Shown here in pieces: positions 26,432 to 35,974 of a stretch of 64,000 nucleotides of DNA (its first letter is position 1; each line of letters starts with the position of its first letter). The translations under genes were made by a program, and so were the position numbers. Source of the DNA: Myxococcota bacterium (lineage in GTDB: Bacteria > Myxococcota_A > UBA9042 > PHBI01 > JAWLBL01); assembly GCA_041687695.1 (NCBI GenBank), contig JAWLBL010000008.1:1-64000 (forward strand), in the 5' to 3' direction. The notes under the pieces were generated by a model, which did not search any database, had not been told where the DNA came from, and was given only the letters and a program-made list of their open reading frames with translations.

Positions 26432-28147
26432 ATGGGCGCGAGCTGGCGGTGGGGACTGGTTGCGGTCGTGGGGGCGTGGGCCGCGGGGTGTGGCGGCGGG
26501 GACACGTCGGGCGTCGGGCCGGGCGTGGACGCGACGGGCGACACGGCCGAGGGCAAGGACGCGGCCTTGGAGGTCGGCGGGGACGCGGCCGCGGCGGGCG
26601 TGACCTGGCACGGCGACGTCCGGGCGCTGGTCGAGACGCGCTGCGCCAGCTGCCACGTGGCGGGCGGGGCGGCGCCGTTCGCGCTGGAGAGCTGGGCGCA
26701 GGTGCAGCCGCTGGCGCCGATGGTGGTGGCGGCCGTCGAGGCGCGGCGGATGCCGCCGTGGCCGATGGACCCGTCCTGCCGGCCGGTCGAGCACGCGCGG
26801 CACCTGACCGAGGCGCAGATCGCGACCTTCGTGGGGTGGCGCGAGGCGGGCTTCCCCGAGGGCGACCCGGCCGACTACGTCGCGCCCGAGGTGCCCACGC
26901 CCGTGGCGATGGGGGCGCCGCAGGTGTCCACGCAGCCGGAGGAGGCCTACGCGCCCAGCCGGCTGGTGCCCGACGACTACCGGTGCCTGACGCTGCCGCA
27001 CGCCTTCGAGCAGGACACCTACCTGGTGGCCCACGACATCGCACCCGACCAGAAGGCGATCGTGCACCACGTCATCGTTTACGAGGTCCCCGAGAGCGGG
27101 CTGGCCAAGCTCGAGGCGCTGGACGCCGCCGAGGCGGGCCCGGGCTACACCTGCTACGGCGGGCCCAAGACGGAGTCGGTCTTCGTCGCCGGGTGGGTCC
27201 CGGGCGCGCAGCCCGTGCGCTACCCCGAGGGGGCCGCGCTGCGGGTGCGGGCCGGGTCGCGCCTGGTGATGCAGGTCCACTACAACGTGCTGGGGCTGGC
27301 GGCGGGCGACCCGACGCCGGCCGACCGGACGCGCTTCGAGGCTTGGGCCCTGCCCGCCGAGGCGCGGCCGAGCCGGCTGGTGCATGTCATCGGCTTCGCG
27401 GACGGGGGCATCAGCATCCCGGCGGGCGACCCGGCGTCCGAGCACGTCAAGACCTTCGACGTGCCGCTGCCCGCGACCATCATCGGCACGGCGCCCCACA
27501 TGCACCAGCTGGGCGCGGCCATCCAGATGACGCTGACGCGCCCCGACGGGGCCGAGGAGTGCCTGACCGACGTGCCGGCGTGGGACTTCAACTGGCAGCA
27601 GTTCTACCAGTTCCCGCCCGAGGCGTGGGTCGAGGCGCACCTGTTCGACCAGCTCACCTTGCGCTGCGTGTTCGACAACAGCGCCGAGAACCAGCCGGTG
27701 GTCAACGGCGAGCAGCTGGCGCCGCGCGACGTGACGTGGGGCGAGGGCACGCTGGACGAGATGTGCCTGAACTACCTGGTCGCGACGACGCCCTTCCACA
27801 TGAAGGGCACGGGCGAGACATGCGACGGGTTCGCGGACTGCCAGCGGCAGTGCCCCTCGGGCGAGGCCGAGTGCACCATCGCCTGCATGATGTACACGTC
27901 GACGGCGTGCCTGAGCTGCGCGACGCAAGAGGTCTACGTCACGTGCGGGCAGGTGGAGTGCCCGGTACAGCTGGTGGCGCTGGGCGGGTGCCTGGACGGG
28001 TGCGATCAGGGGACGCTGCCGTGCGCGCTGGGGCCGTGCGCCAGCGAGCTGGCGGCGCTGCAGGGCTGCATCGAGGGGCCGCTCGAGGCGGGCGCCTGCG
28101 ACGGGGCGCTGGCCAAGTGCGAGACCGCCTTCGGCGCGGGCCGTTGA
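26432..28147 (+). CDS. Lipoprotein with CxxCH heme motif, copper type II monooxygenase-like domains and Cys-rich tail
   Basis: Lipobox AAGC, CASCH...MPPWP, IVHHVI, QVHYN, PHMHQLG, WDFNWQ, WGEGTLDEMC. Confidence 0.8.
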   Translation: MGASWRWGLVAVVGAWAAGCGGGDTSGVGPGVDATGDTAEGKDAALEVGGDAAAAGVTWHGDVRALVETRCASCHVAGGAAPFALESWAQVQPLAPMVVAAVEARRMPPWPMDPSCRPVEHARHLTEAQIATFVGWREAGFPEGDPADYVAPEVPTPVAMGAPQVSTQPEEAYAPSRLVPDDYRCLTLPHAFEQDTYLVAHDIAPDQKAIVHHVIVYEVPESGLAKLEALDAAEAGPGYTCYGGPKTESVFVAGWVPGAQPVRYPEGAALRVRAGSRLVMQVHYNVLGLAAGDPTPADRTRFEAWALPAEARPSRLVHVIGFADGGISIPAGDPASEHVKTFDVPLPATIIGTAPHMHQLGAAIQMTLTRPDGAEECLTDVPAWDFNWQQFYQFPPEAWVEAHLFDQLTLRCVFDNSAENQPVVNGEQLAPRDVTWGEGTLDEMCLNYLVATTPFHMKGTGETCDGFADCQRQCPSGEAECTIACMMYTSTACLSCATQEVYVTCGQVECPVQLVALGGCLDGCDQGTLPCALGPCASELAALQGCIEGPLEAGACDGALAKCETAFGAGR

Positions 28148-28271
28148 ACCGGCGCGGTTGATGCCCCCCGGTCGGTGCTGACGGTCGGGGTGACGGCGCC
28201 CAGCCGGTGCGAGCCGGCGCGTGGGCGGCCGTCACCGAACCATCGGGACCGGGTGCCGAGAGGGGGGCGTC

Positions 28272-28970
28272 ATGGTGACGCGACTACGCGACCGGCGGGA
28301 CGCCGGAGAGCGGCTGGCGGTCGAGCTGGAGCGGCGGCTGGGCCGCGGCGGGCGGCCGCCGCTGGTGCTGGGGCTGCCGCGGGGCGGCGTGCCGGTGGCG
28401 GCGGTCGTCGCCGAGCGGCTGGGTGCCGAGCTGGACGTGTTCATCGTGCGCAAGCTGGGGGTGCCCGGGCACGAGGAGCTGGCCATGGGGGCCATCGCGT
28501 CGGGCGGGGTGCGGGTGCTCAACCCCGAGGTGGTGGACCTGCTGAGGATCCCGCCCGAGGCCATCGAGCGGGTCGCGGCGGACGAGCTCGAGGAGCTGCA
28601 GCGGCGCGACCGGCTGTACCGCGGGGGGCAGCCGGCGCCGGCGCTGACCGGGCGGACGGTGGTCCTGGTGGACGACGGGCTGGCGACGGGCGCGACGATG
28701 CGGGCGGCGGTGGAGGCGGTGCGGTCTCGGCGGCCCGAGCGGCTCGTCGTGGCGGTGCCGGTGGGCGCGGCGGCGACGGTGGACGCGCTGGCGGCGCGGG
28801 TGGACGAGGTGGTGTGCCTGATGACGCCCGAGCCGTTCCGCGCGGTGGGGCTGTGGTACGAGCGCTTCGAGCAGACGACGGACGAGGAGGTGCGGCAGGC
28901 GCTGCGCGAGCAGGAGCGGCGCGGCGCCGAACGCTCGGGGGGCGGCTCGGGGGGCTGGACGAGCGCGTAG
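28272..28970 (+). CDS. Phosphoribosyltransferase family protein
   Basis: DRRDAG, LPRGGVPVA, RKLGVPGHEELAMGA, VDDGLATGATM. Confidence 0.9.
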   Translation: MVTRLRDRRDAGERLAVELERRLGRGGRPPLVLGLPRGGVPVAAVVAERLGAELDVFIVRKLGVPGHEELAMGAIASGGVRVLNPEVVDLLRIPPEAIERVAADELEELQRRDRLYRGGQPAPALTGRTVVLVDDGLATGATMRAAVEAVRSRRPERLVVAVPVGAAATVDALAARVDEVVCLMTPEPFRAVGLWYERFEQTTDEEVRQALREQERRGAERSGGGSGGWTSA

Positions 28971-29011
28971 GCGGGGCGGCGCCGGCGGCGGCCGCGGCAG
29001 GAGGACAGGCC

Positions 29012-30385
29012 ATGGCGGAAGAGCTCGAGGTCAGGGAGATCGTGCGGGCGGCGGCCCACCCGCTGACCGGCGGCGATGAGGACTACGACGCGCTGCTCGA
29101 CCGGATCGGCGACGCGCGGGTGGTGCTCATCGGCGAGGCCTCGCACGGCACGCACGAGTTCTACGAGGAGCGGGCGCGCCTGACGCGGCGGCTCATCGAG
29201 GAGCGCGGGGTCGACGCGGTGGCGGTCGAGGGCGACTGGCCCGACTGCGACCGGATCGGCCGCTTCGTGCGGGGGCGCGGGCAGGACCGGACGGCGACGG
29301 AGGCGCTGGGCGAGTTCCACCGGTACCCGCGCTGGATGTGGCGCAACACGGTCGTGCGGGACTTCGTCGCCTGGCTGCGCGCCGCCAACGACGCGCGCCC
29401 CGAGCCGCAGCGCGCCGGGTTCTACGGGCTGGATCTGTACAGCATGCACGCGTCCATCGACGCGGTGGTCGCCTACCTCGACCAGGTGGACCCCGAGGGG
29501 GCCCGGCGCGCGCGCGAGCGCTACGCCTGCCTGACGATGCACGGCGACGACCCGCAGCTGTACGGCTACGCGGCGCGCATCGACCCGTCGCGCTCGTGCG
29601 AGGACGAGGTCGTCGCGCAGCTGGTCGACCTGCGCGCGCGCGGCTGGCGCATCCTCGAGGGCGACGGGGCCGACGCCTCGGACCGCTTCTTCTCGGCCGA
29701 GCAGAACGCGCGCCTCGCCCGGGACGCCGAACGCTACTACCGCGCCATGTTCGGCGGGCGCGTGTCGTCGTGGAACATCCGCGACGAGCACATGATGGAC
29801 ACGCTCGAGCACCTCTTGCGCCACCTGGACGCCCACCACCCGGACGGGCGGGCGCGGGTCGTCGTGTGGGCCCACAACTCGCACCTGGGGGACGCCCGCG
29901 CGACGGCGATGGCCGACCGGGGCGAGCTCAACCTGGGGCAGCTGGTGCGCGAGCGCTTCGGCCGCGACGCGTTCAGCGTGGGGTTCACGACCTACGAGGG
30001 CACCGTGACGTGCTCGACGGACTGGGACGGCCCGGTCGAGCGCAAGCAGGTCCGCCCCGGGCTGCCGGGCAGCTGGGAGGCGCTGTTCCATCAGGTGGCG
30101 CGCGGCGGCGGGCGCCAAGGAGACGGCGACCTGTCCCGCTTCCTGCTGGACATCCGGCGGGGCGGGGCGGTGCAGGCCGTGCTCGAGGACGAGCGCATCG
30201 AGCGCGCGATCGGCGTCATCTACCGGCCCGAGACGGAGCGCGTGAGCCACTACTTCGGCGCGCGGATCGGCGACCAGTTCGACGCCGTCGTCCACGTCGA
30301 CCAGACGCGGGCGCTCGAGCCGCTGGACCGCACCTCGGGGTGGGAGCGGGGCGAGCTGCCCGACACCTACCCCTTCGGCATCTGA
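29012..30385 (+). CDS. Erythromycin esterase family protein
   Basis: IGEASHGTHEFY, EGDWPD, WMWRN, WAHNSHLGD, ERAIGVIYRP, PDTYPFG. Confidence 0.9.
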   Translation: MAEELEVREIVRAAAHPLTGGDEDYDALLDRIGDARVVLIGEASHGTHEFYEERARLTRRLIEERGVDAVAVEGDWPDCDRIGRFVRGRGQDRTATEALGEFHRYPRWMWRNTVVRDFVAWLRAANDARPEPQRAGFYGLDLYSMHASIDAVVAYLDQVDPEGARRARERYACLTMHGDDPQLYGYAARIDPSRSCEDEVVAQLVDLRARGWRILEGDGADASDRFFSAEQNARLARDAERYYRAMFGGRVSSWNIRDEHMMDTLEHLLRHLDAHHPDGRARVVVWAHNSHLGDARATAMADRGELNLGQLVRERFGRDAFSVGFTTYEGTVTCSTDWDGPVERKQVRPGLPGSWEALFHQVARGGGRQGDGDLSRFLLDIRRGGAVQAVLEDERIERAIGVIYRPETERVSHYFGARIGDQFDAVVHVDQTRALEPLDRTSGWERGELPDTYPFGI

Positions 30386-30429
30386 CCCCGTTCGGCCTCG
30401 GCGACGGGGACGAGCGGCAGGAGGCGGCG

Positions 30430-30798
30430 ATGAGGACAGAGCCTCGCGAGGTGGCGCGCGCCGACTGGCGCCGGCTGGCCGAGCGGTTCACGCGGCAGCA
30501 CGCCGGGTGGCGCTGCGACCTCGAGGTGCAGGGCCCCGGCGGCGGGCGGCGGCTGGCCCACGAGGCGCCGTTGGCGTGGCTGGCGATCGAGCCCTTGGAC
30601 GGCGAGGACGTCCTGGAGATCGCCGTCGGCGGGGAGGACGCCCGCCTGACCCACCGGGTCCGGGCCCCGCGGCGCATGGCGCTGGAGCTGGACGAGGAGG
30701 GCGCCGAGCGCGCGCTGCACGTCTGGTCCGGCGAGGAGACCTCGACCCTACGATTTCGGCGCACGGTGACGCCCGAGCAGATCGACGGCGTCCCGTGA
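30430..30798 (+). CDS. DUF5335-like hypothetical protein
   Basis: WRRLAERFTRQHAGW...LTHRVRAP pattern; GGAGG RBS. Confidence 0.6.
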   Translation: MRTEPREVARADWRRLAERFTRQHAGWRCDLEVQGPGGGRRLAHEAPLAWLAIEPLDGEDVLEIAVGGEDARLTHRVRAPRRMALELDEEGAERALHVWSGEETSTLRFRRTVTPEQIDGVP

Positions 30799-30839
30799 GC
30801 CCCCGGCGAGCGCGCCGGAGCCAACTCAGGAGAGGGACC

Positions 30840-31547
30840 ATGAGCAAGAGCACCATGGACATTCACGAAGAGGGGCCGCTGGTGCGGATCCCGCTGCCGG
30901 ATCTCACGCTCGAGGGGACGCTCAGCCTCCCCGAGGGGGCGCTGGGCGTCGTCCTGTTCGCCCACGGGAGCGGCAGCGGCCGCTTCAGCACGCGAAACCG
31001 CTACGTGGCGCGCCTGCTGCGCGAGGCGGGCCTCGGCACGTTGCTCATCGATCTGCTCAGCCGCGAGGAGGAGCGCATCGACCAGGTCACGCGCCACCTG
31101 CGCTTCGACATCCCGCTGCTGGGCCGGCGGGTCACGGGGGCCGTCGACTGGCTGCGGCGCGAGCCGCGCACCCGCGCCCTGCCCATCGGCATCTTCGGCG
31201 CCAGCACGGGCGCGGCCGCGGCCCTCATCGGCGCGGCGGCGCGGCCGGGGGCCGTGGCGGCGGTGGTGTCGCGCGGCGGGCGCCCCGATCTGGCCGACGA
31301 GGCGCTGGAGCGGGTGCGGGCCCCGACGCTGCTGATCGTGGGCGGGGCCGACGCGGGGGTCATCCCGCTCAACGAGCAGGCCAGGGCGCGGCTGCGCTGC
31401 GAAGAGCGCATGGAGCTGGTGCCGGGCGCGACGCACCTGTTCGAGGAGCCGGGGACGCTCGAGGAGGTGGCGCGGCTGACGGCCGACTGGTTCGCGCGGC
31501 ACTTCCGGGCGGCGGGCCGGGGCGACCGGGGGTTCGCCGGGGCCTGA
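30840..31547 (+). CDS. Dienelactone hydrolase family alpha/beta hydrolase
   Basis: FAHGSGSGRFSTRN, FGASTGAAAA, VSRGGRPDL, ATHLFEEPG. Confidence 0.9.
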   Translation: MSKSTMDIHEEGPLVRIPLPDLTLEGTLSLPEGALGVVLFAHGSGSGRFSTRNRYVARLLREAGLGTLLIDLLSREEERIDQVTRHLRFDIPLLGRRVTGAVDWLRREPRTRALPIGIFGASTGAAAALIGAAARPGAVAAVVSRGGRPDLADEALERVRAPTLLIVGGADAGVIPLNEQARARLRCEERMELVPGATHLFEEPGTLEEVARLTADWFARHFRAAGRGDRGFAGA

Positions 31548-31554
31548 GAGGCGC

Positions 31555-32163
31555 GAGAGGCGCCGCGGGTCACCGCGCGGGGCCGGCTGACCAGGCGGGG
31601 CCGGGACGCGTCGGGGTTCGCGTGACCGGCTGCCCTGCCGGGGCGGGGTGGTGGGGGCGGCGCCTCTCGGGGACTGGAGGAGGGGGGGGCTCCCGCGGCG
31701 GCGGTGGGAACGAGCCGGCGCCGCGGGAGCGGGGTCGAAGCCCGAAGGGGCGGGGTGCTTCGACCGGGGGGAGCGGCGGAGGAGGAGGGACGCCGCTCGA
31801 GGGGACCGAGGAGGGGACCAGGCTGGGTTGACAGGGAGCGAGGGACCGCCGCCGGGCGGACGCGCGTGCGCGGGCTCCGCAAGTTCGGGCGAGGAGCCGT
31901 CGAGGGGGAGTCGGTGGGGTCGTCCCTCCGGGTCGCCGCTGGGGCGACCGGGAGACCGGCTGGCCAGACCGGGCCACGTCCTTCGGGGGGGAGCCTCCGT
32001 GGCCGTCGCGAGACGGGGGGAGGGGGCGCGAAGGGAAGGTCGGTCCTGCCGGCGTCCTGACCGGGACCCTGGTCCCGCTCGATGCGCAGGCGCGTCCGGC
32101 GCGGCCCGAGGGAGCTTCGGGCCGGTAGGGGGCGCGTGGGGCGGCTTGTCCAAGAGCTGCCCC
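31555..32163 (-). ncRNA. Candidate long structured ncRNA (sigma54-driven, C/U-rich loops)
   Basis: No credible ORF; several 7-12-bp stems; the first hairpin begins at the predicted +1 of a sigma54 motif. Confidence 0.4.
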
Positions 32164-32170
32164 TGACGTT

Positions 32171-32186
32171 TGCACGACCCATGCCA
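32171..32186 (-). promoter_or_regulatory. Sigma54-like promoter pointing into the 31555-32163 intergenic region
   Basis: Minus strand TGGCATGGGTCGTGCA has the GG and GC dinucleotides at correct -24/-12 spacing. Confidence 0.6.
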
Positions 32187-32337
32187 AGGGGGCCTCGCCC
32201 ACCGCTGGCGCCGAGACCCACCCGCCCGGTGCGCGGCCGCCCGGGCGAAGCGCGGACCAGTCCCCGCCTCCCGAGCGGGATTTTCACCACGCGCGGCCCG
32301 CGTGCTTCGAGCCCCGCCCTCTGCTACAAGCCATCCG

Positions 32338-33246
32338 ATGCGCCTCCGCACCTTCGCCTGCTCCGTCCTGCTCGCGCTGGCCGCGGTCTCCTGCGGCCAC
32401 ACGGGCACCCTCCCCGGCCGCATCGGCAGCTTCGAGGGCACCCCGGTCGACGAGTCCTCGGGCCTCGCCGCCAGCCGCACCCAGCCCGGCGTCTTCTGGA
32501 CCCACAACGACTCGGGCGACTCGGCGCGCGTCTTCGCCGTCACCGCCCACGGCCAGCTCCTCGCCGAGGTCGCCCTCACCGGCGCCACCCACGTCGACTG
32601 GGAAGACATCGCCACCGACGCCGCCGGCCACGTCTACGTCGCCGACTGCGGCAACAACGACAACGATCGCAAGGACCTCGTCGTCTATCGCTTCGTCGAG
32701 CCGCAGCTCTCCCTGGGCGCCGCCCCCGCCAAGCTCGCCGTCGGGGTCGACCGCCAGCTGCGCTTCCGCTACCCCGACCAGCAGAAGTTCCCCGACGAGA
32801 CCCGCCTCAACTTCGACTGCGAGGCCCTCTTCTTCGCCCAGGGCAAGCTCTACCTGCTGACCAAGCACCGCAGCGACACGCGCACGACCCTCTACCGCTT
32901 CCCGAACCTCAGCGGCACCGCCGAGCTGTCCCTCGACTACCTGGGCGAGTTCGACCTCGGCGGCGCCGACAAGGACTTCGGCGGCCGCGCCACCGCCGCC
33001 GACGCCACCCCCGACGGCCAGACGCTCGCGGTCCTCAGCTATCACGCCCTCTTCCTGTTCGCCCGCCCCGCCGACAGCGACCTCTACCTGACCCGGCCGC
33101 TCCACCGCATCGACCTCGACCAGCGCGTCACCGATCAGGCCGAGGCCGTCGCCTGGGACGGCGACTCGCTCCTCCTCACCAGCGAAAGTGGCGACATCTT
33201 TCGCATCGAGCGCCCGCTCGACCCGGCGACGACCGCCTTCCCCTGA
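32338..33246 (+). CDS. Secreted lipoprotein, beta-propeller-like
   Basis: Lipobox AVSC; ESSGLAAS, WTHNDSG, DWEDIA, DCGNN, FDCEAL, QAEAV motifs. Confidence 0.75.
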   Translation: MRLRTFACSVLLALAAVSCGHTGTLPGRIGSFEGTPVDESSGLAASRTQPGVFWTHNDSGDSARVFAVTAHGQLLAEVALTGATHVDWEDIATDAAGHVYVADCGNNDNDRKDLVVYRFVEPQLSLGAAPAKLAVGVDRQLRFRYPDQQKFPDETRLNFDCEALFFAQGKLYLLTKHRSDTRTTLYRFPNLSGTAELSLDYLGEFDLGGADKDFGGRATAADATPDGQTLAVLSYHALFLFARPADSDLYLTRPLHRIDLDQRVTDQAEAVAWDGDSLLLTSESGDIFRIERPLDPATTAFP

Positions 33247-33368
33247 TCGCCCCCCGGCGAACGCCACGATCCGGGTGGCTCCCGGCTGGCGTTGCGCCGC
33301 CGCGCTCTGCTAGCCTCCGGCCCCGGTCTCCGCCTCGTCCGCCCCGCCACCGGCCTCAGGTACGCGCC

Positions 33369-35963
33369 TTGCACCGTCCCGCCCTCCTCGCGCTCCTGGT
33401 CCTGCTCCTCGCCCTGCCGCCCCGCCCCGCTGCGGCGCAACAGGTGACCCCGCCCAAGCTGGTCACCTTCGTGCAGGCCACCCTCCCAGCGGACGCCCCC
33501 CGCCGCGCCGCCGACGTCGTCCTCCTCATCACCATCGGCGCGGACGGCGCCGTGACCGAGGTCGAGATCCGCCAAGGCGCTGGCGAACCCTGGGACACCG
33601 CCGCCATGGCCGCCGCGCGCCAGTTCGTCTTCGAGCCGGCCCTGGTCGACGGCGCCCCGGTCCCGGTCAAGGTCCCCTTCACCTACACCTTCCGCGTCCC
33701 CGTCCGCCGCGGCCCCATCGTCCCGCAGCCGCAGGCCCGCCGCGACACCGAGCGCTCCCCCGAGGGCCGCGTCGTCTCGGGCCGCATCGCCGAGCGCGGC
33801 TCGCGCACCCCGCTCGGCGGCGTGCAGATCAACGTCCGCGACCCGCGCACCGACCGCACCTGGACCACCATCACCGACTCGAACGGCCGCTACGCCCTCG
33901 AGGATCTCCCGGCCGGCCGCCTCGAGCTGACCGTCCTCAGCGGCGACCACCAGACCCTGACCCGCCCCGTCACCCCGGCCCCGCGCGCCGCCGACGGCGC
34001 CGTCCCCGCGGGCGACACGCTCTACCTCGCGCCGGGCACCTGGACCGGCTACGGCACGGTCGTCAAGGCCGATCGCCGCCCCGAGGCCGCCAGCGAGATC
34101 GCCCTGACCGACGACGAGCTGCGCAAGATCCCCGGCACCTTCGGCGACCCGACCCGCGTCGTCCAGACCCTCCCCGGCGTCTCGCGCTCGCCCTTCGGCC
34201 TCGGCTACTACGTCGTGCGCGGCGCCTCCTTCGAGAACACCGGCTTCTTCATCGACGGCCACCCGGCCTACTACCTCTACCACCTGCTCGGCGGGCCCAG
34301 CGTCATCCACCCGCAGCTGGTCGGCCGCCTCAACTTCTATCCGGGCGGCTACCCGGCCCGCTACGGCCGCTTCGCGACCGGCATCATCTCCCTCGAGACC
34401 GCCGAGCCGCCCGACGACCGCTGGCACCTCGACCTCGAGCTCGACTACTTCCGCGCCGGCGCGATGTTCTCGACCCCCTTCGACGACAAGAAGGGGCAGC
34501 TGACGGTCTCGCTGCGCCGCTCCTACTACGATCTGCTGCTGCCGCTGTTCGTCGACAACTTCTCGTTCGGTTTCACGGACTACCAGCTGCGCCTCAGCTA
34601 CGATCTGGCCCCCGGCGTGCGCGCCTTCTTCGGCCTGCTGGGCGCGATGGACTTCCTCGACGCCGAGCAGACCGAGCCCGGCGACCGCCCCAACAGCAGC
34701 GACGCGGACCTGGGCTTCCACCGCATCTACGGTGGCGTCGACGTCGACCTGAACAAGCACCTGACCTGGAAGAACAGCCTCGCCTGGGAGTACGACTACA
34801 CCAGCTCGCGCCGCACCGCCGAAGGCGAGGACAGCATCAACGCCGCCGTCGACGGCTGGTACGCCAACCTGCGCTCGGGGCTGGTCTACACGCCGCTGAA
34901 GAACCTGATGATCGAGGGCGGCCTCGACGCCTTCTACGTGACCGTCAACGCCGACCTCAAGGTCCCCAGCCTGCCGCCGCTGGGCGATCCGCGCCCGCCC
35001 GAGTTCGACCCGCTGACGGTCGCCTTCCGCGTCACCACGCCCATGGCCTCGGTCGCGCCGTACGTGCTGGCCGACTGGGAGGTCGTCAGCGGCGTCCGGC
35101 TGCTGCCGGGCCTGCGCGTGACGGGCGACTTCTGGGGCGGCGAGGTGCACTGGTCGGCCGACCCCAAGCTGGCGGTGCGCTGGCAGCTCGACGACCAGTG
35201 GACGCTCAAGACCATGGCGGCCATCGCCCACCAGCCGCCGGCCCCCTTCCAGGCCGACGAACCCTTCGGCGATCCCAACATCCCGCCCGTGCGCGGCTCG
35301 CAGGCCTCGCTGGGCTTCGAGTGGGTCTCGCCCGACACCTCCTGGGAGATCAGCGTCGAGGGCTTCTTCAACTACCTCCACAACATGGCCCGCCCGGCCA
35401 ACGCCATCACCAGCGACGACGGCGAGCTCGAGCGCGTCTTCTTCGCGTCGGACATGGAGGGCCGCGCGTTCGGCGGCGAGGTCCTCATCCGAAAGCGCAT
35501 GGGCGGCCGCCACTTCGGCTGGCTCTCCTACACCATCGCGCGCTCCGAGCGCCTGCGCCCGCCCGAGGACTGGGAGCTGTTCGAACTCGACCAGACCCAC
35601 AACCTCTCGCTCGCCTGGAGCGTCCTGCTCGGCAACGAGTGGACCTTCGGGGCCCGCTTCAACCTGACCAGCGGCAACCCCTACTACCCCATCGTCGGCT
35701 CGCGCTACGACGCCGACCGCGACAGCTACGAGCCCATCTACGCGCAGCGCCCCGACCGCATCGAGGTCTTCCACCGCCTCGACGTCCGCCTCGACAAGCG
35801 CATCCGCTTCGAGACCTGGATGATGGAGGTCTACCTGGACATCCAGAACCTCTACAACGCCGGCAACCCGGAGTCGCCGCGCTACAGCTACGACTTCAGC
35901 TACAAGACCGACGGCCTGTCCATCCCCATCCTCCCGACGCTCGGCGTTCGGGCCGCCTTCTGA
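33369..35963 (+). CDS. TonB-dependent receptor with N-terminal TonB_C and carboxypeptidase-regulatory-like domains
   Basis: Signal peptide, TPPKL...ITIGADGAV...FEPA (TonB_C), IPGTFGDP plug, YPGGYPARYG, C-terminal F; start approximate (TTG). Confidence 0.85.
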   Translation: MHRPALLALLVLLLALPPRPAAAQQVTPPKLVTFVQATLPADAPRRAADVVLLITIGADGAVTEVEIRQGAGEPWDTAAMAAARQFVFEPALVDGAPVPVKVPFTYTFRVPVRRGPIVPQPQARRDTERSPEGRVVSGRIAERGSRTPLGGVQINVRDPRTDRTWTTITDSNGRYALEDLPAGRLELTVLSGDHQTLTRPVTPAPRAADGAVPAGDTLYLAPGTWTGYGTVVKADRRPEAASEIALTDDELRKIPGTFGDPTRVVQTLPGVSRSPFGLGYYVVRGASFENTGFFIDGHPAYYLYHLLGGPSVIHPQLVGRLNFYPGGYPARYGRFATGIISLETAEPPDDRWHLDLELDYFRAGAMFSTPFDDKKGQLTVSLRRSYYDLLLPLFVDNFSFGFTDYQLRLSYDLAPGVRAFFGLLGAMDFLDAEQTEPGDRPNSSDADLGFHRIYGGVDVDLNKHLTWKNSLAWEYDYTSSRRTAEGEDSINAAVDGWYANLRSGLVYTPLKNLMIEGGLDAFYVTVNADLKVPSLPPLGDPRPPEFDPLTVAFRVTTPMASVAPYVLADWEVVSGVRLLPGLRVTGDFWGGEVHWSADPKLAVRWQLDDQWTLKTMAAIAHQPPAPFQADEPFGDPNIPPVRGSQASLGFEWVSPDTSWEISVEGFFNYLHNMARPANAITSDDGELERVFFASDMEGRAFGGEVLIRKRMGGRHFGWLSYTIARSERLRPPEDWELFELDQTHNLSLAWSVLLGNEWTFGARFNLTSGNPYYPIVGSRYDADRDSYEPIYAQRPDRIEVFHRLDVRLDKRIRFETWMMEVYLDIQNLYNAGNPESPRYSYDFSYKTDGLSIPILPTLGVRAAF

Positions 35964-35974
35964 GGGTGACCGCC

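Noticed and set aside
16678..26556. Giant 3292-aa and 2886-aa ORFs, and many other long Arg/Pro/Gly-rich ORFs in the track
   Set aside because: These are shadow frames of real genes (A2M, pbpC and others) caused by stop-codon scarcity at very high GC. They show no recognisable motifs.
29012..30385. Macrolide resistance gene (ere)
   Set aside because: It resembles the broad Rv2030c-like family in a PRTase/hydrolase context. Nothing supports EreA/EreB activity.
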